A DNA stretch of 64,000 nt from Pseudanabaena sp. SOY_30_concoct_251 (GTDB taxonomy: Bacteria > Cyanobacteriota > Cyanobacteriia > Pseudanabaenales > Pseudanabaenaceae): assembly GCA_031388585.1 (NCBI GenBank), contig JANMRU010000141.1:3160-67159 (forward strand), read 5' to 3'. A program made the position numbers and the translations under genes. The notes under the pieces were generated by a model. That model saw only the letters and a list, made by a program, of their open reading frames with translations. It did no database searches and was not told the origin of the DNA. Below, in pieces: positions 1 through 9,044 of this stretch (its first letter is position 1; the number at the start of each line of letters is the position of its first letter).

Positions 1-1631
1 ATAATACGATCGGCATTGGCAGCAGCAGAAAGTTGATGCGAGATAAAAATGACGGTTTTTTGTTTCGGTAGATTTGCCAGAATATTTGTCGCAGTTTGAT
101 TGTCAACACTAGAGAGCGCATCATCCAGCAGTAGAATCGGAGAATCTACCAATAGTGCCCTTGCTAAAGCTGTGCGCTGGCGTTGGCCACCTGACAGCGT
201 AATGCCACGCTCCCCCACCAGGGTGGCGTAGCGTTGTGGGAAATTCAAGATCTCACCCTGAATACGCGCTTGTTCGGCAAAATACTCAACTTGGGAATCA
301 GGTGCTTCAGGGTTGCCATAGCGGATGTTATTGGCGATCGAGGCACTGAACAGGAAGCTATCCTGGGGTACGTAGGTGATGATGCTACGCAGATCGCCAA
401 CACGGATTTGGGTAATATCGAAACCATCGATAAACAGTTGACCTGGGGCTATATCTAAAAGGCGCGGTAGGACATTTGCAAGTGTTGACTTGCCGGAACC
501 TACAGCACCAATCACGGCGACTGTCTCGCCTGGGGCAATCTCAAAATTGACATCCAGGAGTGCGGGTTTTGGGGAGTCTGGATATTGATAGGTGAGATGA
601 CGCGCCTCGATTCTGCCCTTAATAGTCGCGATATCTATACTGGAGGCATCAAAGCGATCTGCGATAGCTGGTGGTTCTTCTAGAATCTGCTCGACGCGAG
701 TAATGCTAACTTGTCCCCGCTGATACGTAGTAAGCACAAAACCTAATAAAGCAGTGGGGAAGATCAGCCGCTCCACATAAATGATTAGGGCAATGAGTTT
801 GCCCACTGTAAAGCCAGAGTTGGGTTCCGCTAACATACCGCCACCTACCCACAGCAATACGAGTAAGCTCACACTGGCAATGCCGCCCAACGCAGGAAAC
901 AATAGATTGCGGGTTTTAGCGAGCTTAATGTTTGCCTCAAGCAGATTTTGGTTGAGATGGTGAAATGCTCGCCGCTCGTTTGCCTCTTGGGCGTAGGTTT
1001 TAATTAGTGCCATTCCATTCAAGTCCTCTTGCAGCAGGGAACTCATGGTAGCGAGTTCCTCTTGCACCTGCTGCTGCTGGTCGCGCAATTGACCGCTAAA
1101 GGTTTGAACTACCATAAACATCAGTGGGTAAACCGCAAGAGACAGCAAACTGAGTTTGATATCAATTGCCAGCATTAAAGGCAATGTCATGGCATAGGCA
1201 AAAACCGTATTAATTAGGCTAAGTATGGCAAAGCCTAGTAAACGGCGAATATTTTCAACATCGCTTGTAGCGATACTGATTAGGTTGCCGACGGAATTGC
1301 TGGCAAAATAACTAGGTGAAAGTTTGAGTAGATGGGTAAATAGCTTTTGTTTGAGATCGAACTCTACCTGTCGTCCCAAACCAAATAGCCACATACGTGA
1401 TGCCATGCGGATTACCCACATCACCGAGGCCAGTACAATCACGATCCATACATCTCGCACAACTCGCTCGGTTGTGAAAGTAACAGTTAATTCATCTACT
1501 GCCCCACGAATCAGCCAGGGAATATAAGTACCGATCGCATTTACTGCGAACAGGGCAATTACACCTAGAGCTAAATCTCGATAGTGAGGTCTAAGGTAAT
1601 CGTTAAGTTTTTGTAGTTGCGATCGCGCCAT
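1..1631 (-). CDS. ABC transporter permease/ATP-binding fusion (type I exporter, MsbA-like); C-terminus lies beyond the window edge
   Basis: Absent from the ORF track because it runs off the window. My minus-strand translation from the ATG at 1631 gives MARSQLQKLNDYLRPHYRDLALGVIALFAV, then a hydrophobic TM region. Walker A GAVGSGKST, ABC signature LSGGQRQR and Walker B ILLLDDALS follow. Confidence 0.85.
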   Translation of the reverse strand, partial: MARSQLQKLNDYLRPHYRDLALGVIALFAVNAIGTYIPWLIRGAVDELTVTFTTERVVRDVWIVIVLASVMWVIRMASRMWLFGLGRQVEFDLKQKLFTHLLKLSPSYFASNSVGNLISIATSDVENIRRLLGFAILSLINTVFAYAMTLPLMLAIDIKLSLLSLAVYPLMFMVVQTFSGQLRDQQQQVQEELATMSSLLQEDLNGMALIKTYAQEANERRAFHHLNQNLLEANIKLAKTRNLLFPALGGIASVSLLVLLWVGGGMLAEPNSGFTVGKLIALIIYVERLIFPTALLGFVLTTYQRGQVSITRVEQILEEPPAIADRFDASSIDIATIKGRIEARHLTYQYPDSPKPALLDVNFEIAPGETVAVIGAVGSGKSTLANVLPRLLDIAPGQLFIDGFDITQIRVGDLRSIITYVPQDSFLFSASIANNIRYGNPEAPDSQVEYFAEQARIQGEILNFPQRYATLVGERGITLSGGQRQRTALARALLVDSPILLLDDALSSVDNQTATNILANLPKQKTVIFISHQLSAAANADRI

Positions 1632-1733
1632 ATACCTAATATGTTAGCTCCGATTGCCGACATTCCAAAATCCGCCTATGGGGATAGTCATACTTATTAC
1701 CTTATCGCGATCGCAACTACGAAGAGCTGAATT

Positions 1734-2045
1734 CTATGCCGCAGGGATCAGCATGGCGGCAAGTGTTGCCAATCCGGCAATAATCATCAATCCTGCTGGC
1801 ATAAATTTCTGAGTTTTGACTAACCGCACCACAAATACAACGACTAATAACCCTGCGATCGCGATGCCAGCCATCTGACCCCAGCTAATGTTATTCAACT
1901 GTGCCACTCCCGCCGCAATTAATAGTGCGCCGCTAATGCTGCCAGAGATAATCGAAGCTTTGCTCTGACTTTTGACGTAACCGAAAATACCGCCCACAAT
2001 CGACAAAACGCCATAGGCGATCGCCGCCACAATACTTATATTCAT
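1734..2045 (-). CDS. TMEM14/UPF0136-family small membrane protein
   Basis: 103 aa with four hydrophobic helices. GGIFGYVKSQSKASIISG and KTQKFMPAGL resemble the conserved TMEM14 motifs. Confidence 0.7.
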   Translation of the reverse strand: MNISIVAAIAYGVLSIVGGIFGYVKSQSKASIISGSISGALLIAAGVAQLNNISWGQMAGIAIAGLLVVVFVVRLVKTQKFMPAGLMIIAGLATLAAMLIPAA

Positions 2046-2162
2046 ACTCTTGCTAATTTCTCTCTAAACAAATTTTATTGCTAAACACCAATAATGCTAG
2101 CTGAGAGTTACGGCGACAAGCTAGCCAACTGATATCATAGTCACAGAACTTTACACACTGGC

Positions 2163-2532
2163 CTAAGTATCAAGTTCGTATATGGCAGTAAGCGATCTGA
2201 TCTGCGCAACAATTAACGGCTGCCCGATCTCAACACCAGCTTTTACCCCTTGCTTGAATAAATCCGGGAAAGCTAATCCAAACATCCAAATATTGCGGTT
2301 GAATATTTCTGAAAGCAGTGTTGTTGTAACCACTGTAGCCATAACGCCCAAAAATACCAAAGCGATCGCTCATCGCCCAGTCAAAATTTATGCCGTAAGC
2401 ATTAAACGTACTACCAACCACCTTCCCACCAGCATATTGCAGTCGCAAAGAGAAATTTTTATTTGGTGCATATTCTAATTCCAAAATACCTTGATATGAA
2501 TCGCCAAATAAGCCGCGATCGCCACCAGTCGA
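2163..2532 (-). pseudogene. Decayed internal fragment of an OprB-type porin, paralogous to the porins at 3941..5680 and 6145..7806
   Basis: Two overlapping minus-strand ORF pieces (2230..2484 and 2163..2360) align to the C-terminal barrel of the intact porins. Matches include GDRGLFGDSYQGILELEYAP, LRLQYAGG and FGRYGYS, and after a frame change WMFGLAFPDLFKQG and GQPLI. There is an upstream stop, no SLH or coiled-coil N-terminus, and the last barrel strands are missing. Confidence 0.75.
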
Positions 2533-2571
2533 TTCTAATTATGGCAATTTTAGTACCAAAGGAGGAGATTG

Positions 2572-2599
2572 GTAGTGCGCATGTAGTGCGCATGTAGTG
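2572..2599. repeat. Short tandem repeat, 11-bp unit gtagtgcgcat x2 plus a partial copy
   Basis: Direct reading: gtagtgcgcat gtagtgcgcat gtagtg. Confidence 0.8.
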
Positions 2600-2649
2600 T
2601 CGTATGATTATTTGTAGAAGTTAATCAGATTTTATAAAGCGCAGCAAAT

Positions 2650-2739
2650 ATGGATATTTTGACTTTTGGTTGGGTGGCAATATTGGGCATGTTTACGCTA
2701 TCACTCGCCTTTGTGGTGTGGGGACGTAACGGCATGTAG
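2650..2739 (+). CDS. petN: Cytochrome b6-f complex subunit 8 (PetN), 29 aa
   Basis: Below the ORF-track size cut-off. Translation is [29 protein letters not shown]. The MDI..GW start and VVWGRNG C-terminus are the PetN hallmark. Confidence 0.85.
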   Translation: MDILTFGWVAILGMFTLSLAFVVWGRNGM

Positions 2740-2857
2740 CCACTATGCCGTAATCAAGATCTCTATAGTCAAGAGTTTTAAGTCGAGAGTTTTACATATT
2801 ATCGATACGGCCTAAAGCAATTGTCCAATTAAATTTCCCTCTAACCCAAGTTAGAAA

Positions 2858-3829
2858 ATGTCCTCGTCTGGCCAACTCAGCTTTGCTAATCAGGATCTAC
2901 GTAATTGCTCCTTCAGACAACTATATTTGAGGGATGCTGATTTTAGTGGCGCAGATATTCGAGGATGTGACTTTAATAGCGCTAATTTAATTGGAGCAAA
3001 CTTTGGCTATGTTCGAGCTGGCCTGAGCCATAAACAAATTGTTACTCTAGCGATTTGTACCATTGGATTTGCAGTTGCCTACATTGTTGCCCTGACTTGT
3101 GCGTTCACTGGCAGTTTGGTCATAGCCGTGTCTATTTCCATAACAACCTCTGTCTTAGCAGCTCTAACATCACCTTTTGCCTGTAGTCTAATACTCTGTA
3201 CTTTGCTTGCAGTGCTGGTAAATATTAGCAGCCAGAACTTGGAGTTTTCGGTAGCGATCGCCTTAGGATTTAGCCTGGCGATTATTCTAAACTGCAACCG
3301 TACTCTAGTCGCTATATTTATTGCGGCGATCGCCTTTAGTCTTATAGTAGCGACTGTTTTGGGATTTGCTGGTGACTTGGCAACAACTTTTGCTACCCCC
3401 TTAGTATTTACTGTGGGTATTACCTTTGGTGGCATTGTCTCTTTCATAGTTGTGGATAGCGATCGAGACTTCTTCGATCCAAGTGCCACGGGTCAATTTA
3501 TGCTTGTAGCAGCAGCAGGGGGAAATTGTTTGGTGGTGGCAGCTCTAGCAATTGCGATCGCCCATCGTTCTTCTGTAGACAATTTCTTATTTATAGAATT
3601 AGCCTATCTGTTATTTGCGATCGCCGCGATCACTTGCGGTCTAAAGCTAGGAATTAGGGCCGTACAAGGAGTGCATAAAGCGATCGGGACGTCATTTCAG
3701 GATGCTAACTTGACGGGGGCTAGATTTGACTATGCGACGATCAGCAGTACTGATTTCTCGGGTGCAAAATTAACTAAAGTAAGTTGGACGCGGGCGCGGA
3801 TGAGAAAGTGTTTTGCGCGCAGTATTTAG
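2858..3829 (+). CDS. Pentapeptide-repeat protein with a central multi-pass membrane region
   Basis: The N-terminus (ANQDLRNCSFRQLYLRDADFSGADIRGCDFNSANLIGANF) and C-terminus (FQDANLTGARFDYATISSTDFSGAKLTKVSW) are pentapeptide repeats. They flank about 200 aa of hydrophobic helices. Confidence 0.8.
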   Translation: MSSSGQLSFANQDLRNCSFRQLYLRDADFSGADIRGCDFNSANLIGANFGYVRAGLSHKQIVTLAICTIGFAVAYIVALTCAFTGSLVIAVSISITTSVLAALTSPFACSLILCTLLAVLVNISSQNLEFSVAIALGFSLAIILNCNRTLVAIFIAAIAFSLIVATVLGFAGDLATTFATPLVFTVGITFGGIVSFIVVDSDRDFFDPSATGQFMLVAAAGGNCLVVAALAIAIAHRSSVDNFLFIELAYLLFAIAAITCGLKLGIRAVQGVHKAIGTSFQDANLTGARFDYATISSTDFSGAKLTKVSWTRARMRKCFARSI

Positions 3830-3891
3830 GGGTTCCCCAACTTCCAATTTATATAAGATTGCTATATTCAATTGCGATCGTAAAAAAAGGC

Positions 3892-3918
3892 AGATCGTAA
3901 AATCTGCCCAGCTAAATC
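3892..3918 (-). terminator. Rho-independent terminator downstream of porin 1
   Basis: The minus strand reads GGCAGAUUUUACGAUCUGCC followed by UUUUUUU. It lies just 3' of the stop at 3941. Confidence 0.7.
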
Positions 3919-3940
3919 TAAAGAGAATTAATTGTGAAAT

Positions 3941-5680
3941 TTAGAAAGTAAACACCGTTCTCAATGTACCAACTGTGACAGTACCATTCGCACTGTTGTT
4001 ATTGGGATTAAAGATGAATTGCAGATCGGGAGTGATTCTGATGTTGTCCGTGATTGGGAAGTTGTAGAACAACTCCACATTGGTTTGAGAACTATTACCC
4101 ACCTGACTAGAGATAAAAGGCTGACCCACTGCGATCGCCGCTAAAGCGCCAGGCTTAAATAAATCGGGGAAGGCCAAGCCAAACATCCAGGTCTGAGGAC
4201 TAAGGCTGGTTCCAGTCGCATTAGCATTGACGAAATTACGCAGTCCGGGGTTAGCATTTAAAGCTATACCACTACGACTGTCGATACTCCCAAACCCATA
4301 ACGGCCAAACAGGGCTGCACCCTTGGCAAATGCCCATTCCACATTCACGCCACCAGTATTAACCGTGAGATTGCTAATCGAAGCATTGGTATATTGCAGA
4401 CGAAGCGCAAATGGCCCTTTCTTATCCCCGTCTTTAGGCGCAAACTCTAATTCAACCGTGCCTTGATAGGGATCGCCAAATAAACCGCGATTAGTCTCAA
4501 TACCACCTGTGGTTACCACAGAGTTAATCGCCGATCTATTTAGTCCAGACGAAGCATCGGAGGCATTAGCAGCTAAGTACACAGCGCGAATGCTAAACGC
4601 ACCATTACCTGGATTCCAATCAATTGCCGCACCAGCACCACCTGTCTGAGGATTAACCAGCACTACAAGCGGGTTATTGATAAAGAATGTGGATGAAAAA
4701 TCGACTGCTTCGTTGTTAGCAAAGCTGTTCATGTCAACGTGGTCATAGATATGCATTACAGGCCCCAAGGACACCTTAAAGTCTTGTCCCAGTTTGAAGT
4801 CATAGCGTAACTTAGCTAGCGTAAAGTTGCTGCTCAAGCCTGCGTAATCAAGCCCAAAACTATCAAAACCAAGGTTGCCGACATCGCCAGCCGGCACGTT
4901 ACCCAAAATGCTGCCTGTAGTACCGCCACCATTACCCGCCTCTAAGCGTGTAATCAGCAGATCGTTACCAGTAAAGCTAGTATTAAAGTTCAGGCGAATT
5001 CTGGAGTTGAAAGTGGTATTGACATTGCCTGATGGAATGCTAAAAGCGCCATTTCCAGCAGCTCCTGGGACAGCTCCAACGTTAGAGCTAAAAAAACGCC
5101 CACCACCGCCGCCACCGCCAGTGATAGCGAAGATGGCCTCACCAGTTAGTTTTGTTGTTGTAGAAAACTGTTGAGCTTCTAGCTGAGCTGTCTTATTTTC
5201 CAGCGAATCAACGCGGCCTTTTAAAGCGGCTAGTTCTGCTGCAAATTCTTCTTGTAGCTTTTGCACAGCCGCGAAATCTTCTTTGCTGACTTTATCAGCT
5301 AGTCCAGTCGTGAGAATCTCATTAATCTTATCCAAGCAGGCATTTAAGCCTGCGGCAAACTCAAAGCGACTAAGAGCTCGTTGGCCGCGAAACGTGCGAT
5401 CAGGATAACCTGCGATACATCCATATCGTTCTACCAAGGATTGTAACGCTGTAAATGCCCAATCAGTAGGCTTTACATCGCTTAATTGAGAAACTGAAGT
5501 TACATTTTGGGCTACGGCACTGTTCTCTTCACTCACCATCTGCGAGACCTGATTTAGAGTGTCGCTTGATGGATCTGGTGTAACTTTAGTTGTTTCGGCC
5601 AATACGGGGAAACAACTAAAAAGACTGGCTGTAGCTAAAACGCTAATGCAACCAGCCATTCCGAGGCTATATTTTTTCAT
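3941..5680 (-). CDS. SLH-domain / OprB-family outer-membrane porin (copy 1)
   Basis: Signal peptide, an SLH motif (DVKPTDWAFTALQSLVERYGCIAGYPD), a coiled-coil linker, then a beta-barrel ending in F. I prefer the ATG at 5680 (MKKYSL), which is preceded by GAGGAG, over the track start at 5695. Confidence 0.85.
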   Translation of the reverse strand: MKKYSLGMAGCISVLATASLFSCFPVLAETTKVTPDPSSDTLNQVSQMVSEENSAVAQNVTSVSQLSDVKPTDWAFTALQSLVERYGCIAGYPDRTFRGQRALSRFEFAAGLNACLDKINEILTTGLADKVSKEDFAAVQKLQEEFAAELAALKGRVDSLENKTAQLEAQQFSTTTKLTGEAIFAITGGGGGGGRFFSSNVGAVPGAAGNGAFSIPSGNVNTTFNSRIRLNFNTSFTGNDLLITRLEAGNGGGTTGSILGNVPAGDVGNLGFDSFGLDYAGLSSNFTLAKLRYDFKLGQDFKVSLGPVMHIYDHVDMNSFANNEAVDFSSTFFINNPLVVLVNPQTGGAGAAIDWNPGNGAFSIRAVYLAANASDASSGLNRSAINSVVTTGGIETNRGLFGDPYQGTVELEFAPKDGDKKGPFALRLQYTNASISNLTVNTGGVNVEWAFAKGAALFGRYGFGSIDSRSGIALNANPGLRNFVNANATGTSLSPQTWMFGLAFPDLFKPGALAAIAVGQPFISSQVGNSSQTNVELFYNFPITDNIRITPDLQFIFNPNNNSANGTVTVGTLRTVFTF

Positions 5681-5809
5681 CTTATTACTCCTCACAAGAG
5701 TTTATTTAGAACGTCAATCCTTGCGATTGCTGAGACTCATTTTATCACCGAAGAAATACTGATTAACATTAAGTTAAAGTATTTATACTTAATTTGGTGT
5801 TCCGACATG

Positions 5810-5922
5810 AATAGCAATACCAATTTAAATAGTCGGGGTTGCAGATGGGTATGTGGGGGCTACACCGCACGAAGGGGCGGAACCACTTCACCCCCCTAAA
5901 AAAATAAAAAATGTTTGCTATA
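5810..5922 (+). mobile_element. MITE-like repeat (family C) with atagcaat...ttgctat termini
   Basis: Inverted termini atagcaat / ttgctat and a GC-rich internal hairpin region. Related copies lie at 28657, 43026, 18961 (inverted) and 3838 (partial). Confidence 0.55.
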
Positions 5923-5939
5923 TGGCGATCGCCAATAAA

Positions 5940-6068
5940 GTTAGACTTCCCACTCAATTAAATTTTGTTCTAAAGAATTATGTGGGGAGTTTGAGGGCTA
6001 CGCCCTCAATTAGGAGCTATGCCCCAAACCTCTTCAAATATAGATCTTTTTTTAGTTCTACGTAAGGT
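5940..6068 (+). mobile_element. MITE-like repeat (family B)
   Basis: The core gggagtttgagggctacgccctcaattaggagctatgccccaaacc is near-identical to the core at 13835..13880. The ends resemble the aggacttacgca/tgcgtaa termini of that copy. Confidence 0.6.
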
Positions 6069-6076
6069 GAGCTACT

Positions 6077-6109
6077 AAAAAAACATCCTCTAAATGAGGA
6101 TGCTTTTTT
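6077..6109 (-). terminator. Hairpin terminator downstream of porin 2 (A-run and T-run flanks, potentially bidirectional)
   Basis: aaaaaaa catcctc taaat gaggatg c tttttt: a 7-bp stem with U-tracts available on either strand. Confidence 0.7.
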
Positions 6110-6144
6110 AGATTAAGGACTTAAAGTTCTAAGCCTAAAATTTA

Positions 6145-7806
6145 CTAGAAACTGAACACAGTCCGAAGGGTGCCAACGGTAACAGTTCCATTTGTACTGT
6201 CGTTGTTGGGGTTGAAGATGAACTGTAGATCGGGGGTGATTCTGATGTTGTCAGAAATTGGGAAGTTGTAGAACAATTCCAAATTGGTCTGAGAGCTGTT
6301 ACCTACTTGGCTGGAGATAAATGGCTGACCAACCGCAATCCCAGCTAGAGCACCTGGCTTGAATAGGTCAGGGAAGGCAAATCCAAACATCCAGGTCTGA
6401 GGGCTAATGCTTCTACCTGTTCCAGGGTTGACGAAGTTACCGTAGGCAGTTGAAGCACTCAGGCTAACACCACGGCTGTTGATGGTTCCGAAGCCATAGC
6501 GACCAAAGAGAGCAGCACCCTTAGCAAATGCCCACTCAACGTTTACGCCACCAGATTCAACATCAACATTGCTGATTGCACCCTTGGTGTACTGCAGGCG
6601 GAGCGCAAAAGGCCCTTTCTTATCGCCATCTTTAGGAGAAAACTCAAGCTCAATCGTGCCTTGGTAAGGATCGCCAAACAGTCCTCGGTTAGTAAGCGCA
6701 CCTGTGCCATTATCGCCAGCGGAAGGTACTGAACCTGTCGCAGCAGCATAGACAGCACGAAGGCTAAATGCTCCACTACCAGGATTCCAGTCGAGTGCTG
6801 CACCAGGAACCCCATTGATGGGGTTAATAAGCATTACAAGGGGATTGTTAAGGAAGAATGTGGAGGAGAAATCAACGGCTTCGTTGTTAGCAAAGCTATT
6901 AACATCAACATAATCCCAAACATTAATGGCAGGGCCGATTGCTACCTTTAAGTCTTTAAATGGCTTGAATTCATAGACCAGCTTCTGTAGACCAAAATTG
7001 CTGCTGACACCACCGAAGTCTAGGGCGAATGTATCAAATCCGATATTGCCCAAGTCTCCAGCAGGAAAGGCACCAATCACGTTACCGGCGGTTGCACCAC
7101 CGTTACCAGCTTGAAGGCGGGTGATTAACAAGTCATCGCCAGTAAAGCTAGTATTAAAGTCAAGACGGACTCTGGAATTAAAAGTGGTATTGACGTTGCC
7201 GTTGTTACCACCGCTAGCACCAGTGACAGCAAAGATGGCTTGACCGCTTAGCTTTGTAGTGGTAGAAAACTGCTGAGACTCTAGCTTAGCGGTCTTAGAC
7301 TCTAAAGCATCAACACGTCCTTTTAGAGCTGCTAGTTCTGCGGCAAACTCTTCTTGTAACTTTTGAACGGCAGCGAAGTCTTCTTTACTGACTTTATCTG
7401 CCAGACCAGTTGTAATAATCTCGTTGATTTTGTCCAAGCAAGCATTCAAACCTGCGGCAAACTCGTAGCGAGTCATAGAGCGTTGGCCGCGATAGGTCTT
7501 ATCGGGGTAACCAGCAATACATCCGTAGCGTTCAACTAAGGATTGCAAGGCTGTAAATGCCCAATCAGTAGGTTTGACATCGCTGAGCTGAGATACCGAT
7601 GTAACGTTCTGTGCAACTTCTTGTGCGTTATTATTCAATACTTCAGTCACTTGACTGACTTGAGCTGGCTGAGAAGCTTCTTGGGTATTGGAGCTGGCCG
7701 CTGATGTATCGACTTTGGTTTGTGCTAGTACAGGATTGCCTGCAATTAGGCTAGCTACGGTCAGAATGCTAATGCCGCCTGCTAGTTTGAGATAAGATTC
7801 TTTCAT
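6145..7806 (-). CDS. SLH-domain / OprB-family outer-membrane porin (copy 2)
   Basis: Same architecture as copy 1, with long identical stretches such as NVTSVSQLSDVKPTDWAFTALQSLVERYGCIAGYPD and the C-terminal WMFG.AFPDLFKPGALA..AVGQPFISSQVGNSSQTN. I prefer the ATG at 7806 (MKESYL), which follows GAGGAG. Confidence 0.85.
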   Translation of the reverse strand: MKESYLKLAGGISILTVASLIAGNPVLAQTKVDTSAASSNTQEASQPAQVSQVTEVLNNNAQEVAQNVTSVSQLSDVKPTDWAFTALQSLVERYGCIAGYPDKTYRGQRSMTRYEFAAGLNACLDKINEIITTGLADKVSKEDFAAVQKLQEEFAAELAALKGRVDALESKTAKLESQQFSTTTKLSGQAIFAVTGASGGNNGNVNTTFNSRVRLDFNTSFTGDDLLITRLQAGNGGATAGNVIGAFPAGDLGNIGFDTFALDFGGVSSNFGLQKLVYEFKPFKDLKVAIGPAINVWDYVDVNSFANNEAVDFSSTFFLNNPLVMLINPINGVPGAALDWNPGSGAFSLRAVYAAATGSVPSAGDNGTGALTNRGLFGDPYQGTIELEFSPKDGDKKGPFALRLQYTKGAISNVDVESGGVNVEWAFAKGAALFGRYGFGTINSRGVSLSASTAYGNFVNPGTGRSISPQTWMFGFAFPDLFKPGALAGIAVGQPFISSQVGNSSQTNLELFYNFPISDNIRITPDLQFIFNPNNDSTNGTVTVGTLRTVFSF

Positions 7807-8309
7807 ATTTTTACTCCTCACGAGAGCGTTTTGATATTGCAAATTTTGCTTGAGCTTCTAACAGTTAGACTCTGTGTACGTCACTAACCTTTGGTTTGCG
7901 CGTCTATAGAAATCAGACTATTCTCTATTTCCAGGAAAAGATTCCATGAATCTAGAGCATATCTATAGGGCTTTGCAACTTTTTTGCTCAAGATTTAGTC
8001 AGAGTTACCCTTTTCTTGGATATTAGATAGCCATATATTAGCACTTCAAGCCCTTACAAAACAAAGGTTATGGTAGCTTTTGCTAAGTAATTTAAGGCTC
8101 AGTGTGATGCTTGGCACTTGACTAAGTGAGTAATTTCACCATAGACATCGTGCCTTGGAGTGCCTATCACGTAAGCAGAGTATCGCTCGGCACTTTAGTC
8201 TTCACTATGACAGAGTTGGGCAAATCTAATCCCTTTCTGGGGTTGGACGTGTCAGGGAGTCTTGACTTATATAATTGGTGTAGTAAGCCCTACCTGTTCA
8301 AATTGCTCT

Positions 8310-9002
8310 ATGCCCTCAACTAGCTTGATTACTGTATCATCACAACTGGAAAGCAGTAGTTCTCGCGATCGCCTCTTAGCGTTAGTATCTCTGCGTGATG
8401 TACCTGCGGAAGATGCAGTACCGCTAATCCTGAAGGTAATTGATGACGAAAATACTCAGGTTCGTTCTATGGCTGTATTTGCCCTTGGGGTAAAACCCAC
8501 GGAGGCATGTTTCCCTGTCCTGGTTAGAATTTTGGACTCAGAAGCAGACTACGGTATTCGGGCAGCGGCGGCGGGAGCCCTAGGCTATTTGAGCGATCCG
8601 AGGGGCTTAGAGCCTCTGCTGCGAGCTTTTTACGAAGATGTGGAATGGTTGGTGAGGTTCAGTGCGGCGGTCTCGCTGGGCAATTTACGCGATCCGCGTG
8701 CATTTGATGCACTAATTGAGGCGCTCAGTTGCGAGGAAACCATGTTGCATCAGGCGGCGATCGCGGCTTTAGGTGAGATTGGCGAACTGCGCGCCTGCGA
8801 ACCTATTCTCAAATTTGCTCGATCTGATGATTGGCTGACCAGACAGAGATTGGCGGAAGCCCTCGGTAATCTACCCACAGCGAAGAGCCTTTCAGCCTTG
8901 AATTATTTAACTAAGGACGAGCATTCACAGGTTGCTGCTGCTGCTGAATTTGCTCGCGATCGCCTATTGCAATATGTATTGCAACATGGTGACTTAAATT
9001 AA
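8310..9002 (+). CDS. HEAT-repeat protein (PBS-lyase HEAT-like repeats)
   Basis: Five to six repeats of the D..VR..A...LG type: DENTQVRSMAVFALG, DYGIRAAAAGALG, EWLVRFSAAVSLG, DWLTRQRLAEALG. The first ATG is at 8310; the track start at 8262 is a TTG. Confidence 0.7.
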   Translation: MPSTSLITVSSQLESSSSRDRLLALVSLRDVPAEDAVPLILKVIDDENTQVRSMAVFALGVKPTEACFPVLVRILDSEADYGIRAAAAGALGYLSDPRGLEPLLRAFYEDVEWLVRFSAAVSLGNLRDPRAFDALIEALSCEETMLHQAAIAALGEIGELRACEPILKFARSDDWLTRQRLAEALGNLPTAKSLSALNYLTKDEHSQVAAAAEFARDRLLQYVLQHGDLN

Positions 9003-9044
9003 TCTCTGGCGTAATATCCAGTCAGTCTAGAAAAAATTGTAGCT

